A DNA stretch of 64,000 nucleotides from Candidatus Marinacidobacterales bacterium (lineage in GTDB: Bacteria; Acidobacteriota; Vicinamibacteria; Marinacidobacterales; DATDRI01). Location of the stretch: NCBI GenBank assembly GCA_965219415.1, contig CBDCNP010000002.1, positions 2,080,001 to 2,144,000 of the forward strand. Direction: 5' to 3'. Shown piece by piece: positions 29,801 through 40,690 of the stretch; within the stretch, counting starts at the first letter, position 1, and every line of letters begins with the position of its first letter. Under the pieces are notes generated by a model that saw only the letters and a program-made list of their open reading frames with translations, was not told the DNA's origin and ran no database searches. The translations under genes and the position numbers were made by a program.

Positions 29801-32800
29801 AAGCCCAGATTATCGAGCTCCGAGCCCGTCTCCCATTCCAGCAAGACTTCACCGTCCAGGCCGGTGGCGGTAAACGACACCAGCTCCACCGCGGTCGTTG
29901 CGCTGCACACGTTGTAGAACGTCGCTGGAGAGTTCTGGTTGTTGTATTCGGTGGCGATCCAAGCGTCGGTTCGGCCCAGGTTCGAGATCCTCACCTCATC
30001 CAGCGAACCGTTCAGCGCGTTAGTGGAGCCACCCAAGAGCAAACCGCTAGCGGTGTTGTTAATGAGATTGTCACCGGGTATGGAAACACTCCCAACCGGC
30101 GCGCCGTCCACGAATTTCTTGAAATCCATTCCGTCGTAAAGATAAACGATGTGATTCCATTGACTACGAGATATTTCGACGGTCTGGAACTGCGTGCCTG
30201 CGCCGACGAACTCGATATCGACCTGGAACGTTCCCTTCCCTGCGGGTTCACCTCCTCCACGCCGCACGCGCGCGAGCCGGACCGGAGCCGTGCCAGCACC
30301 AGATGGGCCCATGACATTGTCTTCTCCGGCGCTTTCCCACGCCGCGTCCGACACGTAGTCCGGGAAGACCCAAAACTCGAAGGCAAACTGATTCCATCCA
30401 TCGAAAAGGGGGGTCGGGTTGCCCCAGTTAATTCGTTCATCACCACTGTCCACAAAAGTTCTTGCGCCGCCGATTTTTCCCGACACGTTGAAGGTCGTGT
30501 TAGTGGGCGTCCCATGGTGATCGTTCTGTGCCGAGTTGGCGATATACGCGCCGGTTCCACTCGGCTGGCTCAGGTGCCAGACCCCTTGATACCCATTGCT
30601 CCAGGTGTTGAAAACATCCTCCTGATTCCCCACGGTGCCGTTGCCGTAATACATGTAGATGGCGCTGTCGCCGCCCGAAGACAGGTACAGCACCTTCACC
30701 CAGGCGACCAGGTCGCCGGCCGCTCGGTCGAACTTGTCGATCTCGTGGCTGAGCTTCGTCACTCCGTCCGACGCGGTGAAGACGATGTCGTCGCCGTCGA
30801 TCTGGGCCGACGCCAGATCGCCATCCGAGGAGAGGTTGATCAAGACGGGGAAATCCGTCTGAACCGCGGTGACTTGGCTGGACTGAACTACAATGGCCTT
30901 GCGGAACTGCCAGTCCTCGTCGAACCAGGCTTGCTGGGCCACCGGACAGGAGTTCGCCGTCGGTCGCTCGTCCGCACCCATATCCCATAGGACATCGAGC
31001 GGCCTCGCCTGGGCGTCGATGTCATCGGAGAAATTCGGCGAGAGGTCGGTGCCCGCTTCGAGGGCCAGCGCCCCCAGCTTCAGGTGAAGGTCTGCGGTCG
31101 CAATCGTGTCATCCACAAACTCGTTCGCGGAAGTGGCGCCGGTGATGGCGTTCAGGTCACCACCGAAGGCGGTCGAAGCCGTCAGGTCGGTAGACATGTT
31201 GTGAGATCCGGTCATCGTGCCGGTATTTAGGAAATCCGTGGTGTTTCCGATGGCGATGGTGTTCGTGACCGTGGTAGTACCGGCGTTGAATATCCCACGT
31301 TCCATCCCGTAGACGGTGCAGTTTTGGATCGTGACCACAGTGCCCACTTGGGCGAGCTGGATTCCGGTTCGGTCCCCGTCGTAGATAATGCTGTTGCGGA
31401 TTGTGAAGCTTGCGCCCGCTGGGCCGCTCTTGATCCCGAAGTCATTCTGGGCGGGCTCGAGAAAATCGTGAATAAGCAGCTCATTCAGCAGGACGTTGGC
31501 CGCTTCCACGCGGACCCCCGCAGAGCCCGCCTGGGTTGGATCGTGCACCTTCTGAATCTCCAACCACTCGACCACGGTGTAGTCGTCCACGACGCTAACT
31601 CCGAAGTGGGCCACCGGGGACGATCCGTCCAACAACACACCCATCCCCGTCGTGCCGGTTCCCGGCTGCGACGGTGAGTGTGATGTTGTGGGTGGCGTCG
31701 GTCGTCGAACCACCAATGGTGACGATTCTGCCGTCCACGTCATCATCGATGAAGACGCTGTCCTTATAGGCAAACTCAAACTCTTTTCGATTGTCATCGA
31801 CCAGGCTCGCACTGGACGGAGGGAAAGGATAGAGCGCCGGGCAACCCGCAAACGAGATGCAATCCTCCCACTCCTGGAGCGTCGTAAAGTGACGCCGGAT
31901 GTCCGTGGGATAAGACCCGGTGGTTCCGGTAAAGGGCGCGGTTAGCGTCAGCTGGGTTTCAGAATCCACCGACAAAATGGTGTAGTTTCCGCCATCGATA
32001 ATAATCCAGTCGCCTATTCCGCGATTCGCGGTGCGCCAGGCTGTCCCGGTTCCCGTCACGACCGCGGACCCATTCGTCGCGTTGACCGTACCGACGGTAT
32101 AGTTGGGAGCGGTGCCGATGGACCGGTAGTTAGTGTCAGGAGTTGGAGCGAACGCGACATAAATGATCTCGTGGTCATCGATAATGTCTATGGTCCAATC
32201 GAGGGTGAATCCATCCGCAGTAAAGCCGAGCAGATCCGCCTCATAGGTGATGTCCAAGGGGGGGAACTCCGTTGATCCATGTTGATCCCGACCGCAACCT
32301 TGTCTGTCTTGGTGTAGATCCCGGCTTCGCTACTACCGCAGAAGCCAGGGGCATCTACATCGTGGTGAGTGATCCCCCCCTCCGTCGTTCCGTCGGATGC
32401 CCCGAAGGATATCCGTCCGTGACTATCGGGGCTTCCGGTGGGTGGGATCTTATTCGCGGAAGCCAGCAACACGGCCTGAGGCTGAAATCCCACTCCACTC
32501 ACGGTTTGTGTACCTGGCACATTGTCGAACTTGTTGAAGATCCCCACCTCATACATTCCCCCCTGAAGAGCGAGGTAGTAGACCTTGATGCCCGACGTGG
32601 TGTTCAAGTCCTTGTTGAGCGTGAACCCGGTCAGGTCGAACGATGCGAGCTCGGCGGTATTGAGCGCCGCGCCGCTATTGTTCATGAGTGCCATCACATG
32701 GTCCGTCATCTGCCACACCCAGGAGTCGGCGGCTCCTTCCAAGCAAGCAGACACACCGTCCTCGCTTAGGGTCCCCACGAAGGCTTCCTCCGTGGGAGAG

Positions 32801-33449
32801 GAGGCGAAACCGAGGTAAACGGTACCGTCGGTCGAGGTCCCTGCCGCCGTCTGGCCGGCGCTCAGGAGCGTCACGAAATCAGGCTGGAAGCCAGGGGTTA
32901 CCGACTGGCTGGCGGCGGCGTCCCATACGAACTCGCTCACGAGGGCGTTCGTTATATCCGAGCCTCCGAAGGCGATGTAATGAATGATGTCCGCTCGGGC
33001 CTCGTTGAGTGTCCAGTTGAGGGTGAATCCGCTCGGGTCGAATGACGTCAGCTCCGCTTCAGCGGAACGGGGGGGGTTCCATCGGACGTCATGAGGATGC
33101 TGTGCACGTCGGAGGAGTCCGTTCCGCAGTTGGAAGGGGAGACGTGGTCATCACAAGCGATGACCACGGCTCTTTCATTGGCGGGACCGCTGGCGAGGCC
33201 GTACCCCACCACCATGGGATCCCCAATGGGAGTGATCACTTCCGCGACCTGCCTAGTCCAGAAGAAGACGACCGCCTTGGGTTGAAAGCCGACCCCCGTA
33301 ATGGACTGGGCTACAGGTACGGACGTATTCGTTGTTTTGAGGAAGCTGCCTTTCTTGACCTGAAAATCAGCAGATGCGGTCCGGAGGAGAAACGGTGAAA
33401 AAAGGCCGACAAGTGTCAGCCAAGAAAGGACCGAGCGCTTCAATTCCAC
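26891..33449 (-). CDS. Very large secreted multidomain protein with C-terminal C25 (gingipain-family) cysteine peptidase, DUF2341 and LamG-like domains; fragmented by frameshifts
   Basis: Signal peptide; WQFRKAI..DFPVLI..DGDDIVF (DUF2341); LDEVRISN (LamG); YVLLLGDG, VGRLP, YIGHG, MNC and YHLLGDPAL (C25); consecutive same-strand ORFs. Confidence 0.8.
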
Positions 33450-33576
33450 AAACCTCCGTGCTTCCCCCTCGAGTTGCGACCAGTATGCGAGACGCGGGCG
33501 AGGCGATATTGCAAATCAATCCTTGCCTGCCCCGAGCCATTAAGACGGAGCTGTTCTCGCGATCCACGCTATGAAC

Positions 33577-33593
33577 AGCAATGCGCATGCCAA
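33577..33593 (-). promoter_or_regulatory. Sigma-54 (-24/-12) promoter motif
   Basis: TTGGCATGCGCATTGCT on minus strand, GG-N10-GC spacing, ~130 bp upstream of the C25 gene. Confidence 0.65.
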
Positions 33594-33752
33594 AGAGTGG
33601 GCATCGTTTGGCAAGCTAACCTGTTGGGTTCGTTAGGATTAGACGTGCAATGTAGAGCGGGCGGTTATCTTGAATGCGTGGAAATTCCTACGATTGTGAG
33701 GGGGGTTTCCTGGATCCCGATATGGGTACCAACTATATAGATCGTTCGTTAT

Positions 33753-33917
33753 CTAGTGCCCTGTATCAGTGGTTCGTTGCATAAATCTCGAGGTCATTTT
33801 GTGTGCTGGCGAGGCGTGACGACGTAGTCATATCTAGATATTTCAAGGAGTCGCAACGAAGCCAGCGCGCAAAAGGGCCCGAGAGTTATGTGAAGAATCA
33901 CTGATACAGGGCACTAG
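33753..33917. mobile_element. MITE-like 165-bp palindromic element bounded by CTAG
   Basis: Perfect 19-bp terminal IR CTAGTGCCCTGTATCAGTG / CACTGATACAGGGCACTAG, with imperfect pairing extending ~65 bp inward. Confidence 0.85.
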
Positions 33918-35350
33918 ACGCCTAGGTTTACGAGCTTGGTCTCGAGGTAATTGTCAAGGCCCTCTTGGCCTGACTCGTGGCCTATCCCGCTCTGTTTCCA
34001 CCCCGGGAAGGGCCCTTCGGTGGCGGCCACCGCCCAATCGTTGACGCCGACCATGCCGAACTCCAAACCTTCATAACAGCGAACCGCTGTTTTCAGATCA
34101 TTGGTCCAGACATAAGAAGCAAGCCCATAGGGCGTCCGGTTGGCGACCTCGATAACCTGGTCGGTATCCTCGAACGTCGCGAGCGGCATGACCGGGCCGA
34201 AGATCTCTTCGTTATAGATGGGGACGGAAGGATCGACTTGGGTCAACACAGTGGGTTGATAGAAATACCCTTTGGCGAAACCCTCCGGCCGGCCCCCGCC
34301 GGTCAGAACCTCGACGCCCTTGCCGCGGGCATCGGCCACCATCGCTTCGACGCGTTCGCGTTGGGTGGCGTTGATCATCGGTCCCACGTCGGTCTCGGGG
34401 CGGAGACCGTCGCCGACCGCGAGCGCCTCGACGTTCGGGATCAACCGCTCCACGAACTGATCACAGACTTCCCGGTGAATCAGGAAACGTTGTGGAGAGG
34501 TGCAGACTTGACCGGCATTGCGATACTTGATACCGACCGCACTCTTGGCCAACGCGTTCACGTCGGCGTCTGGGAAAATCAACACCGGCGCGTTCCCACC
34601 CAGCTCCAAGGAGAGACGGGTAAAGGTTCGCGAGGCGCCATCCAATAGAATGCGCCCCACCCGGACGCTCCCGGTGAAACTGATCTTTCGACAGTCGGAG
34701 TGGTCGAGCATCATCTGCCCCATCGACTCCGGCTCGCCGTTAATGAGGTTCATCACGCCGGCGGGAATGCCCGCCTCGACGAGGATGTTCGTCATCTCCA
34801 TCGCGGTAAGCGGTGTGAGCTCCGAAGGACGGGCAACTACGGTGCATCCGGCCGCCAAGGCGGCGGCCCAAGCCCGCGACGTGTTGTAGGCGGGGAAGTT
34901 CCATGCGGTAATGATCCCCACCACACCGATCGGTTGCTTGAGAACCAAGAGGCGCTTACCGGGGCGCCGGGATGGTATCGTCCGTCCGTAGGCTCGTTTG
35001 CACTCTTCCGAAAACCACTCGAACAGATCCGCAGCGATGACCCACTCTCCCTTGGCCTGCGCCATCGGCTTGCCACACTCTTCGACCGTCGTCTTGGCGA
35101 GCGCCCCGGCACGTTCGCGCATCACATCCGCAGCCTTCCGCAAGATGCCGGCGCGTTCATAAGCGGTCCGCGAGGACCAACCGGGAAACGCGCGGGCCGC
35201 GGCGTCGATCGCAGCCTTGCAATCGCCGCCATCTCCGAAGGGAACTTCGCGCACGACGTCTTCGGTGGCGGGATTGATGACTTTCCAAGTCCCGCTGCTT
35301 ACGGCATCGACCCAATCTCCATCGATGTATTGCTTGTAGATGTAACTCAC
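33914..35350 (-). CDS. gabD: NAD(P)-dependent succinate-semialdehyde dehydrogenase
   Basis: AWNFP, FTGS, LELGGNAP, RNAGQVC, EEIFGP, GWKQSGIG. Confidence 0.8.
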   Translation of the reverse strand: MSYIYKQYIDGDWVDAVSSGTWKVINPATEDVVREVPFGDGGDCKAAIDAAARAFPGWSSRTAYERAGILRKAADVMRERAGALAKTTVEECGKPMAQAKGEWVIAADLFEWFSEECKRAYGRTIPSRRPGKRLLVLKQPIGVVGIITAWNFPAYNTSRAWAAALAAGCTVVARPSELTPLTAMEMTNILVEAGIPAGVMNLINGEPESMGQMMLDHSDCRKISFTGSVRVGRILLDGASRTFTRLSLELGGNAPVLIFPDADVNALAKSAVGIKYRNAGQVCTSPQRFLIHREVCDQFVERLIPNVEALAVGDGLRPETDVGPMINATQRERVEAMVADARGKGVEVLTGGGRPEGFAKGYFYQPTVLTQVDPSVPIYNEEIFGPVMPLATFEDTDQVIEVANRTPYGLASYVWTNDLKTAVRCYEGLEFGMVGVNDWAVAATEGPFPGWKQSGIGHESGQEGLDNYLETKLVNLGV

Positions 35351-35386
35351 GAGCGCCTACTCCTTTCAGTTGCTTACTTTGCCTGC

Positions 35387-36664
35387 TTAGCCTGTCGAGC
35401 CGGATGGTACTCGAGATCCAGCAAAGCCCACCGCGCCATCATGACGAAATTGAATGGCGAAGCAAACAACGCCTCCGAACACGAGGCCTAGTGAGACGGC
35501 AAGTATCTCGCTCCGCACACTCACGATTCCCACTACCGTGACCAGGACCCCAACGGTGACCAAAACGTTAGACAGAGCGCGCAGCCGGTGGTTGTAGAGA
35601 TCCTTCATCCCCGGCACCGCCGTCTTGCCGAAATCGCGCTGGAAACGCTCTTTCCAAACCCAAATCGGAAAGAGCTTGAAGGCAACCGTGGTGATGGTAA
35701 GGACGATCCAGCCGAGAAGCGCCGCGTAGCCGTACGCGAGTTGCACGCGCATTCGAAGCGGGTTCTCGGGTGCCGGAATTCCGAAAGCGAGGAGAACACC
35801 CGCCACGGCGGTCGCTACCAGGATAACGAGCGGTACGACTTCCCACTCCCTCGCCCTACCGGTTACGAAGGCCCGCACCGGGCCCCAAGCCTGCCAGGCG
35901 ACAACCACCAACAACACCGTCGCAAAGGGAGCGCGCCATGGAAAGTCGGCCAGAAACGAAATGGCCAGTCCCAAAATTCCCACCTGCAGAAGCCAGAAGC
36001 GAATGGGAAGCAAACTCTCCCTGCCGCGGGTCGTGGGAACCAAGGTTAGCTGAAACCCGAATATCATCATGGTCACCCACCCGATTCCAGCCAGGTGCAT
36101 ATGAGCGAAGAGGTTGGACGTGAACCTACCGGGCAGCAGACTCGTCTCCCTGAGGAGGATCTTGTTGAAGCCCAGTAACGCTCCCAGCGACGCGGCCAAC
36201 ACCAGGTAGACCATCGCGGCGGCGACGTAGGGAGCGATCTTGTTTCCTCCGAAGGCGCACCGCCAAACGCCGGAAAAGTTCACGAGCTGAACGATGGCGG
36301 CAGCGAGAACCAGCAACGTTGCCCAAGCCATACCATTCCACCCGTCACGCCAGAAATGAAAGATCATACCGGTAGCCCCCACGAAGAAGAGAACGAACTG
36401 GATGCGGGCGAGCCGGGCCGAGCGGGGGTTGACGCGGAGGCTCATCGGAGCGAGCCGCAAGATCACTCCCATCATCAAGGAAGTGACGAAACCGAGGGTT
36501 ATGACGTGAGTAAGGGCAAGGAACTCGGGAGAGTAGAAATATTCCAGAAACTGTCGGTGGCGAACCCACATCCACAGGGTCCCGCCAAGGAGCGACGCCA
36601 TAGCGGTGAGCATGAAGGGCTCTTCGATTCGCGCATGCCCTTGCCTGCCGTTGGCGGGTGACAA
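35387..36664 (-). CDS. Multi-pass membrane protein with His-containing helices (heme-copper oxidase subunit I-like hypothetical)
   Basis: About 12 hydrophobic segments; THVITLGF and AHMHLAGIGW; probable frameshift at the 3' end. Confidence 0.6.
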   Translation of the reverse strand: MSPANGRQGHARIEEPFMLTAMASLLGGTLWMWVRHRQFLEYFYSPEFLALTHVITLGFVTSLMMGVILRLAPMSLRVNPRSARLARIQFVLFFVGATGMIFHFWRDGWNGMAWATLLVLAAAIVQLVNFSGVWRCAFGGNKIAPYVAAAMVYLVLAASLGALLGFNKILLRETSLLPGRFTSNLFAHMHLAGIGWVTMMIFGFQLTLVPTTRGRESLLPIRFWLLQVGILGLAISFLADFPWRAPFATVLLVVVAWQAWGPVRAFVTGRAREWEVVPLVILVATAVAGVLLAFGIPAPENPLRMRVQLAYGYAALLGWIVLTITTVAFKLFPIWVWKERFQRDFGKTAVPGMKDLYNHRLRALSNVLVTVGVLVTVVGIVSVRSEILAVSLGLVFGGVVCFAIQFRHDGAVGFAGSRVPSGSTG

Positions 36665-36673
36665 CTGACGTTT

Positions 36674-37922
36674 CTATTCGCTCGAACTTGGGAGAGCGAA
36701 ACTCGTTCGATCGACGACCACCTCACCGTTGTGAACGACCAACAGGATGTCCTGCAAAGCGACGATGTCCTCGAGAGGGTTACGTTCGACGGCGATGAAG
36801 TCCGCCTCGAGCCCGCTACGGATGGTCCCTGTTCTACCATCGACGCCGAGCAGTCTTGCCGCCGTTGCGGTGGCGGCGCGAATGGCCTCCATCGGTGAAA
36901 GCCCGCACTTCACTAGCTCTTCAACCTCATGTTGAAGTCTCAAGACTCCCTCGGGCCCGAAGCCGGTGTCGGTCGCGGCAGCGATGGGAACTTGCATTGC
37001 GTGGGCCTCACGAACCACCTCACGAAGACGATTCAGCATGTGGCGACCGCGTACTTGAAGAAACGGATCGTCGTAATCGCCTCCCGGAGCGGCGAGATCA
37101 GTAACGACGGCCACCGTGGGAACCAAGAAAGTTCCTTTCTCTTTCATGAGCTCGAGTGTCGTCGTCGTCAAATAGGTTCCATGCTCGATGCTGCGGACTC
37201 CCGCTCGCACCGCGGCGCGAGCTCCCTCGTCACCGTGCGCATGAGCCGCCACCGGAATGCCCGAGCGACCGGCTTCGTCCACCACCGCCGCGATCTCTTC
37301 TTCCGACATCGTTTGTTTGCGCGGGTCGGTGTCGGGTAGCCCGGCTCGTTCGGTGGAAGTGATCTTGATCCCAATCCACACGATGACGGATGTTCGCTTC
37401 GGTCACACGCCTAAAAGCGGCGGGTCCGCGGACTCCCGTCATCAAATCCGCCAGCCCCGGCTCGTCAATGAAGAGCTCGGACGACGGAGTCGGTCGGACA
37501 TGGTAACCGGCGGCTAGAATCTCGGGGGAGTCGATCGCGCCTTCTCGGGCCAGTTCGCGAAGACCCACGTCGGTGAAATGGGCGGCCCCCATGCTGCGCG
37601 CCGTCGTTACTCCAGATCGGAGCGCTTTCTCCGCGCTAAGAACTCCGCCGAGGTGGACGTGAGCGTCGATCAAACTGGGCAGCAGATACTTTCCCTTTAG
37701 ATCGATCAACTGCGCATCGGCTGCGGCTGGTGCGGACCCCTCCATGACCTGTTCGATGCGACCATCGCGAACGACCACGGTGGCATTCATCAGAGCGTTC
37801 GAGCCCAACCCGTCGATCACGTTGGCATGGGTCAGGATCAAGACTCCGTTCGACGTTGACTGGGCGCCCAGAGGGGTCACGAGCCAGATGACCACCGCTA
37901 GACTCAACGAGATCGACTTCAT
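36674..37922 (-). CDS. Secreted amidohydrolase (Xaa-Pro dipeptidase-like; frameshift near 37375)
   Basis: Signal peptide, LIDAHVH, AAHAHG, SIEHG, ATD, ADFIAV..NPL. Confidence 0.85.
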
Positions 37923-37936
37923 GGTGTCCCTCCCGC

Positions 37937-38338
37937 CTAATGGCCCATCGCTCCCACTCGCTCGGGCTCGATGTAATAGAGGACGCGAACTTCCTCGGGG
38001 GTGCGGTACGGGTATTGGTCCTGGCCCAAGTATTTCTTCGCCATCTTATCGATGTGGGCATCCGCACCGTTTTCGGTGATCTTTACGACCCGCCCCCGAA
38101 CCATGATCGCGCTATAGGGATTGTCGGGATCGATAACCGAGAGGGCGACGCGCGGATCGGCGCGCATGTTTCTGTCCTTCAATCGTCCCTTGGCGGAATT
38201 GACAACGATATGGTCTCCCTCGGTGTCGACCCAGACCGGACTCACCTGCGGACTACCATCCTTCATCCGAGTCGCCAGGTGGACGAAGGCCTTTTTCGAA
38301 AAGATTCCCTTCTGTTCTTCAGATAGTTTCTGCGACAT
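37937..38338 (-). CDS. PPOX-class (putatively F420-dependent) oxidoreductase
   Basis: LATRMKDGSPQVSPVW, K.RNMRADPRVALSV, KKYLG. Confidence 0.85.
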   Translation of the reverse strand: MSQKLSEEQKGIFSKKAFVHLATRMKDGSPQVSPVWVDTEGDHIVVNSAKGRLKDRNMRADPRVALSVIDPDNPYSAIMVRGRVVKITENGADAHIDKMAKKYLGQDQYPYRTPEEVRVLYYIEPERVGAMGH

Positions 38339-38427
38339 GACTTACCTCCGTTGGAAGACGTGGCCCCACAGTCTAGCAGAACAACCGGTTTTGGGGCGGC
38401 GGGCGGACCGGGAGGGGTTGGGCGGAG

Positions 38428-39951
38428 CTACTCGCCGAACTTGATGCCCTGAGCGAGCGGCAGATCCTGAGACCAGTTGATGGTATTGGTCTGGCGACGC
38501 ATATAGGCCTTCCAGGCGTCCGACCCTGACTCCCGGCCGCCGCCGGTCTCTTTTTCGCCGCCGAAGGCGCCGCCAATCTCGGCGCCCGACGTTCCAATAT
38601 TGACGTTGGCGATCCCGCAGTCGGAGCCGCGAGCCGACAGAAACGTCTCCACCGTCCGCATGCTATCGGTGAAGATGGCACTCGAAAGCCCCTGTGGTAC
38701 ATCGTTGTGGATCTGAACCGCCTCTTCTAGATCGTCGTACTCCAGGAGGTAGAGAATTGGAGCAAACGTCTCTTCTTTGACGATATCTGCCTGCTTGGGC
38801 ATCTTCACGATCGTCGGCTCGACGAAATTGACTCCCAGATCCTCCCGTCTCTTACCCCCGGCAATGATCTCTCCGCCTTCCTTCTTGGCCTGCTCGAGAG
38901 CCTTGAACATATCGTCGACCGCCTTCGAGTTCACCAGCGGGCCCATCAAGACTTCCTCTTCCAGAGGATCGCCGAGGCGCACTTGCTTGTAGGCTTCGAC
39001 CAAACACCAGGTGAGTTTCTCGCTGATGTCCTTCTGTACAATGATGCGGCGAGTCGTCGTACATCTCTGCCCTGAAGTCCCGACCGCACCGAACAGGATG
39101 GCGCGCACCGCCAGATCCAAAGGCGCGTCTTCGGCGACGACGATCGCGTTGTTGCCTCCCAGCTCGAGGATGGTCCGTCCAAAACGTTTCGAAACCGTTT
39201 CTGCCACTCGACGGCCCACTTTGGTGGAACCGGTGAAGGAGACCAAGGGGACACGAGAATCGTTGAGCATCGCCTCACCCACCTCGTTGCCCGATCCGAT
39301 GGCGAGCGTGAAGATACCTTGGAGGCCGTGATCCGCCATCACGCGATTGGCGACGTGTTGGATCCCGATTGCCGTGAGAGGTACTTCGGTGGACGGTTTC
39401 CACAAAACCGGATCGCCACACACGCTCGCAATCGCAGCATTCCAAGACCACACCGCTACCGGGAAATTGAATGCGGTGATGATGCCCACCACACCCAAGG
39501 GATGCCATTGCTCGTACATCCGATGGCTGGGGCGTTCGGAATGCATCGTCAACCCATAGAGCTGCCGAGAAAGCCCGACCGCGAAGTCACAAACGTCGAT
39601 CATCTCCTGGACTTCGCCGTGCCCTTCCGCCCTCAACTTGCCCATCTCGAGAGAAACCAGATCGCCGAGAGGTTCCTTCAGCTCGCGCAGCGCTTCTCCG
39701 AGGTCGCGGACGACTTGACCACGCTGCGGAGCCGGAACCGCGCGCCAAGCTTGAAACGCGGAATGCGCGCTGGAAGCTACTGTCTCGTACGATGTACTCG
39801 TCGCTTGGACGATCTTGGCGATGGGCTCTCCGGTCGTTGGGTTGAAGGAAATTATCTCCTTGCCATCCGGATCCTCGATCCACCCATCGGGCCCGGTGCA
39901 GGCCCCCGCATTGACTTCTTTAATTCCCAACTTTTCCAAGATCGACTTCAT
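38428..39951 (-). CDS. Aldehyde dehydrogenase family 7 (piperideine-6-carboxylate dehydrogenase-like)
   Basis: GEVQEMIDVCDFAVGLSRQLYG, AFNFPVAVW, GTSGQRCT, GGRESGSDAWKAYMRR. Confidence 0.92.
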   Translation of the reverse strand: MKSILEKLGIKEVNAGACTGPDGWIEDPDGKEIISFNPTTGEPIAKIVQATSTSYETVASSAHSAFQAWRAVPAPQRGQVVRDLGEALRELKEPLGDLVSLEMGKLRAEGHGEVQEMIDVCDFAVGLSRQLYGLTMHSERPSHRMYEQWHPLGVVGIITAFNFPVAVWSWNAAIASVCGDPVLWKPSTEVPLTAIGIQHVANRVMADHGLQGIFTLAIGSGNEVGEAMLNDSRVPLVSFTGSTKVGRRVAETVSKRFGRTILELGGNNAIVVAEDAPLDLAVRAILFGAVGTSGQRCTTTRRIIVQKDISEKLTWCLVEAYKQVRLGDPLEEEVLMGPLVNSKAVDDMFKALEQAKKEGGEIIAGGKRREDLGVNFVEPTIVKMPKQADIVKEETFAPILYLLEYDDLEEAVQIHNDVPQGLSSAIFTDSMRTVETFLSARGSDCGIANVNIGTSGAEIGGAFGGEKETGGGRESGSDAWKAYMRRQTNTINWSQDLPLAQGIKFGE

Positions 39952-39976
39952 CGTCTAAAACCCTTCCCGACGTTGA

Positions 39977-40213
39977 TCAGGCCTTAGGCTTCGGCGGTGG
40001 GAGAGTAAAGGCCTTGGCTTCGTGACTAAACCCTGCACGATTGTGAGATCCGTCGCAGAACGGCTTGTTTTCGGAATTACCGCATCGACACAACCCGATG
40101 ACGTCTCGACCGGCGAGGTCATAGGTGTTCCCTTCGCCGTCTTGGATGGTGAAGCTTCCCTTTATTCGAAGTGGACCATTCTTGGAAACGGTGATCTCGC
40201 TATCCGCCATCAT
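39977..40213 (-). CDS. CDGSH iron-sulfur domain protein
   Basis: NGPL, LCRCGNSENKPFCDGSH. Confidence 0.92.
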   Translation of the reverse strand: MMADSEITVSKNGPLRIKGSFTIQDGEGNTYDLAGRDVIGLCRCGNSENKPFCDGSHNRAGFSHEAKAFTLPPPKPKA

Positions 40214-40271
40214 TCATCTCCTTGGCATCTCCTTGCTCTCGTTCCGACTCGTAGTATACCATTCAGGAACT

Positions 40272-40565
40272 ATGCCAGAAGATGATGAGCCCAAGAGCGC
40301 CGTCGAGCTCGCTATGGAGAAACTCCGCGCTCGGGGAGATTTCGCGGAGACGTCTTTGACCGACGCACAAAAGGCCGAGATTGCGGATATCCGCAGCCTT
40401 TACAAATCGAAGATCGCCGAGCACGAGATCCATGAAGCGGCCAAAATGAACCAGGCGACCACGCTGGAGGACCTCGAGGCCATGAAAGAAGCCTTGGCCA
40501 AAGAGAAAGAGCGTCTTAGTCACGAGATGGAAGACAAGGTCAAAAAGGTTCGTAGCAGTAAGTAA
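40272..40565 (+). CDS. Hypothetical helical protein
   Basis: AGGA RBS; KSAVELAMEKL...LTDAQKAEIADIR coiled-coil. Confidence 0.7.
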   Translation: MPEDDEPKSAVELAMEKLRARGDFAETSLTDAQKAEIADIRSLYKSKIAEHEIHEAAKMNQATTLEDLEAMKEALAKEKERLSHEMEDKVKKVRSSK

Positions 40566-40690
40566 TTCGCATCATCACTGCCCTCCCGCTATTTGAAGTT
40601 TCCGTTACCCGCTTCTGCGTGCGCTCGTTCGCCATCCTTCTTTGTCTGCAGTAAAGTATGGACGGGGGAGAAGAGGGGCAGCGGAAAAAT

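Noticed and set aside
29797-30990. Long antisense ORFs (for example 397 aa here, also 23596-24474 and 60727-61593)
   Set aside because: Shadow frames opposite well-supported genes, expected from GC-rich codon bias; no motifs
37937-38338. Evidence of F420 metabolism
   Set aside because: PPOX-class proteins may bind FMN or heme; no F420 biosynthesis genes in the window
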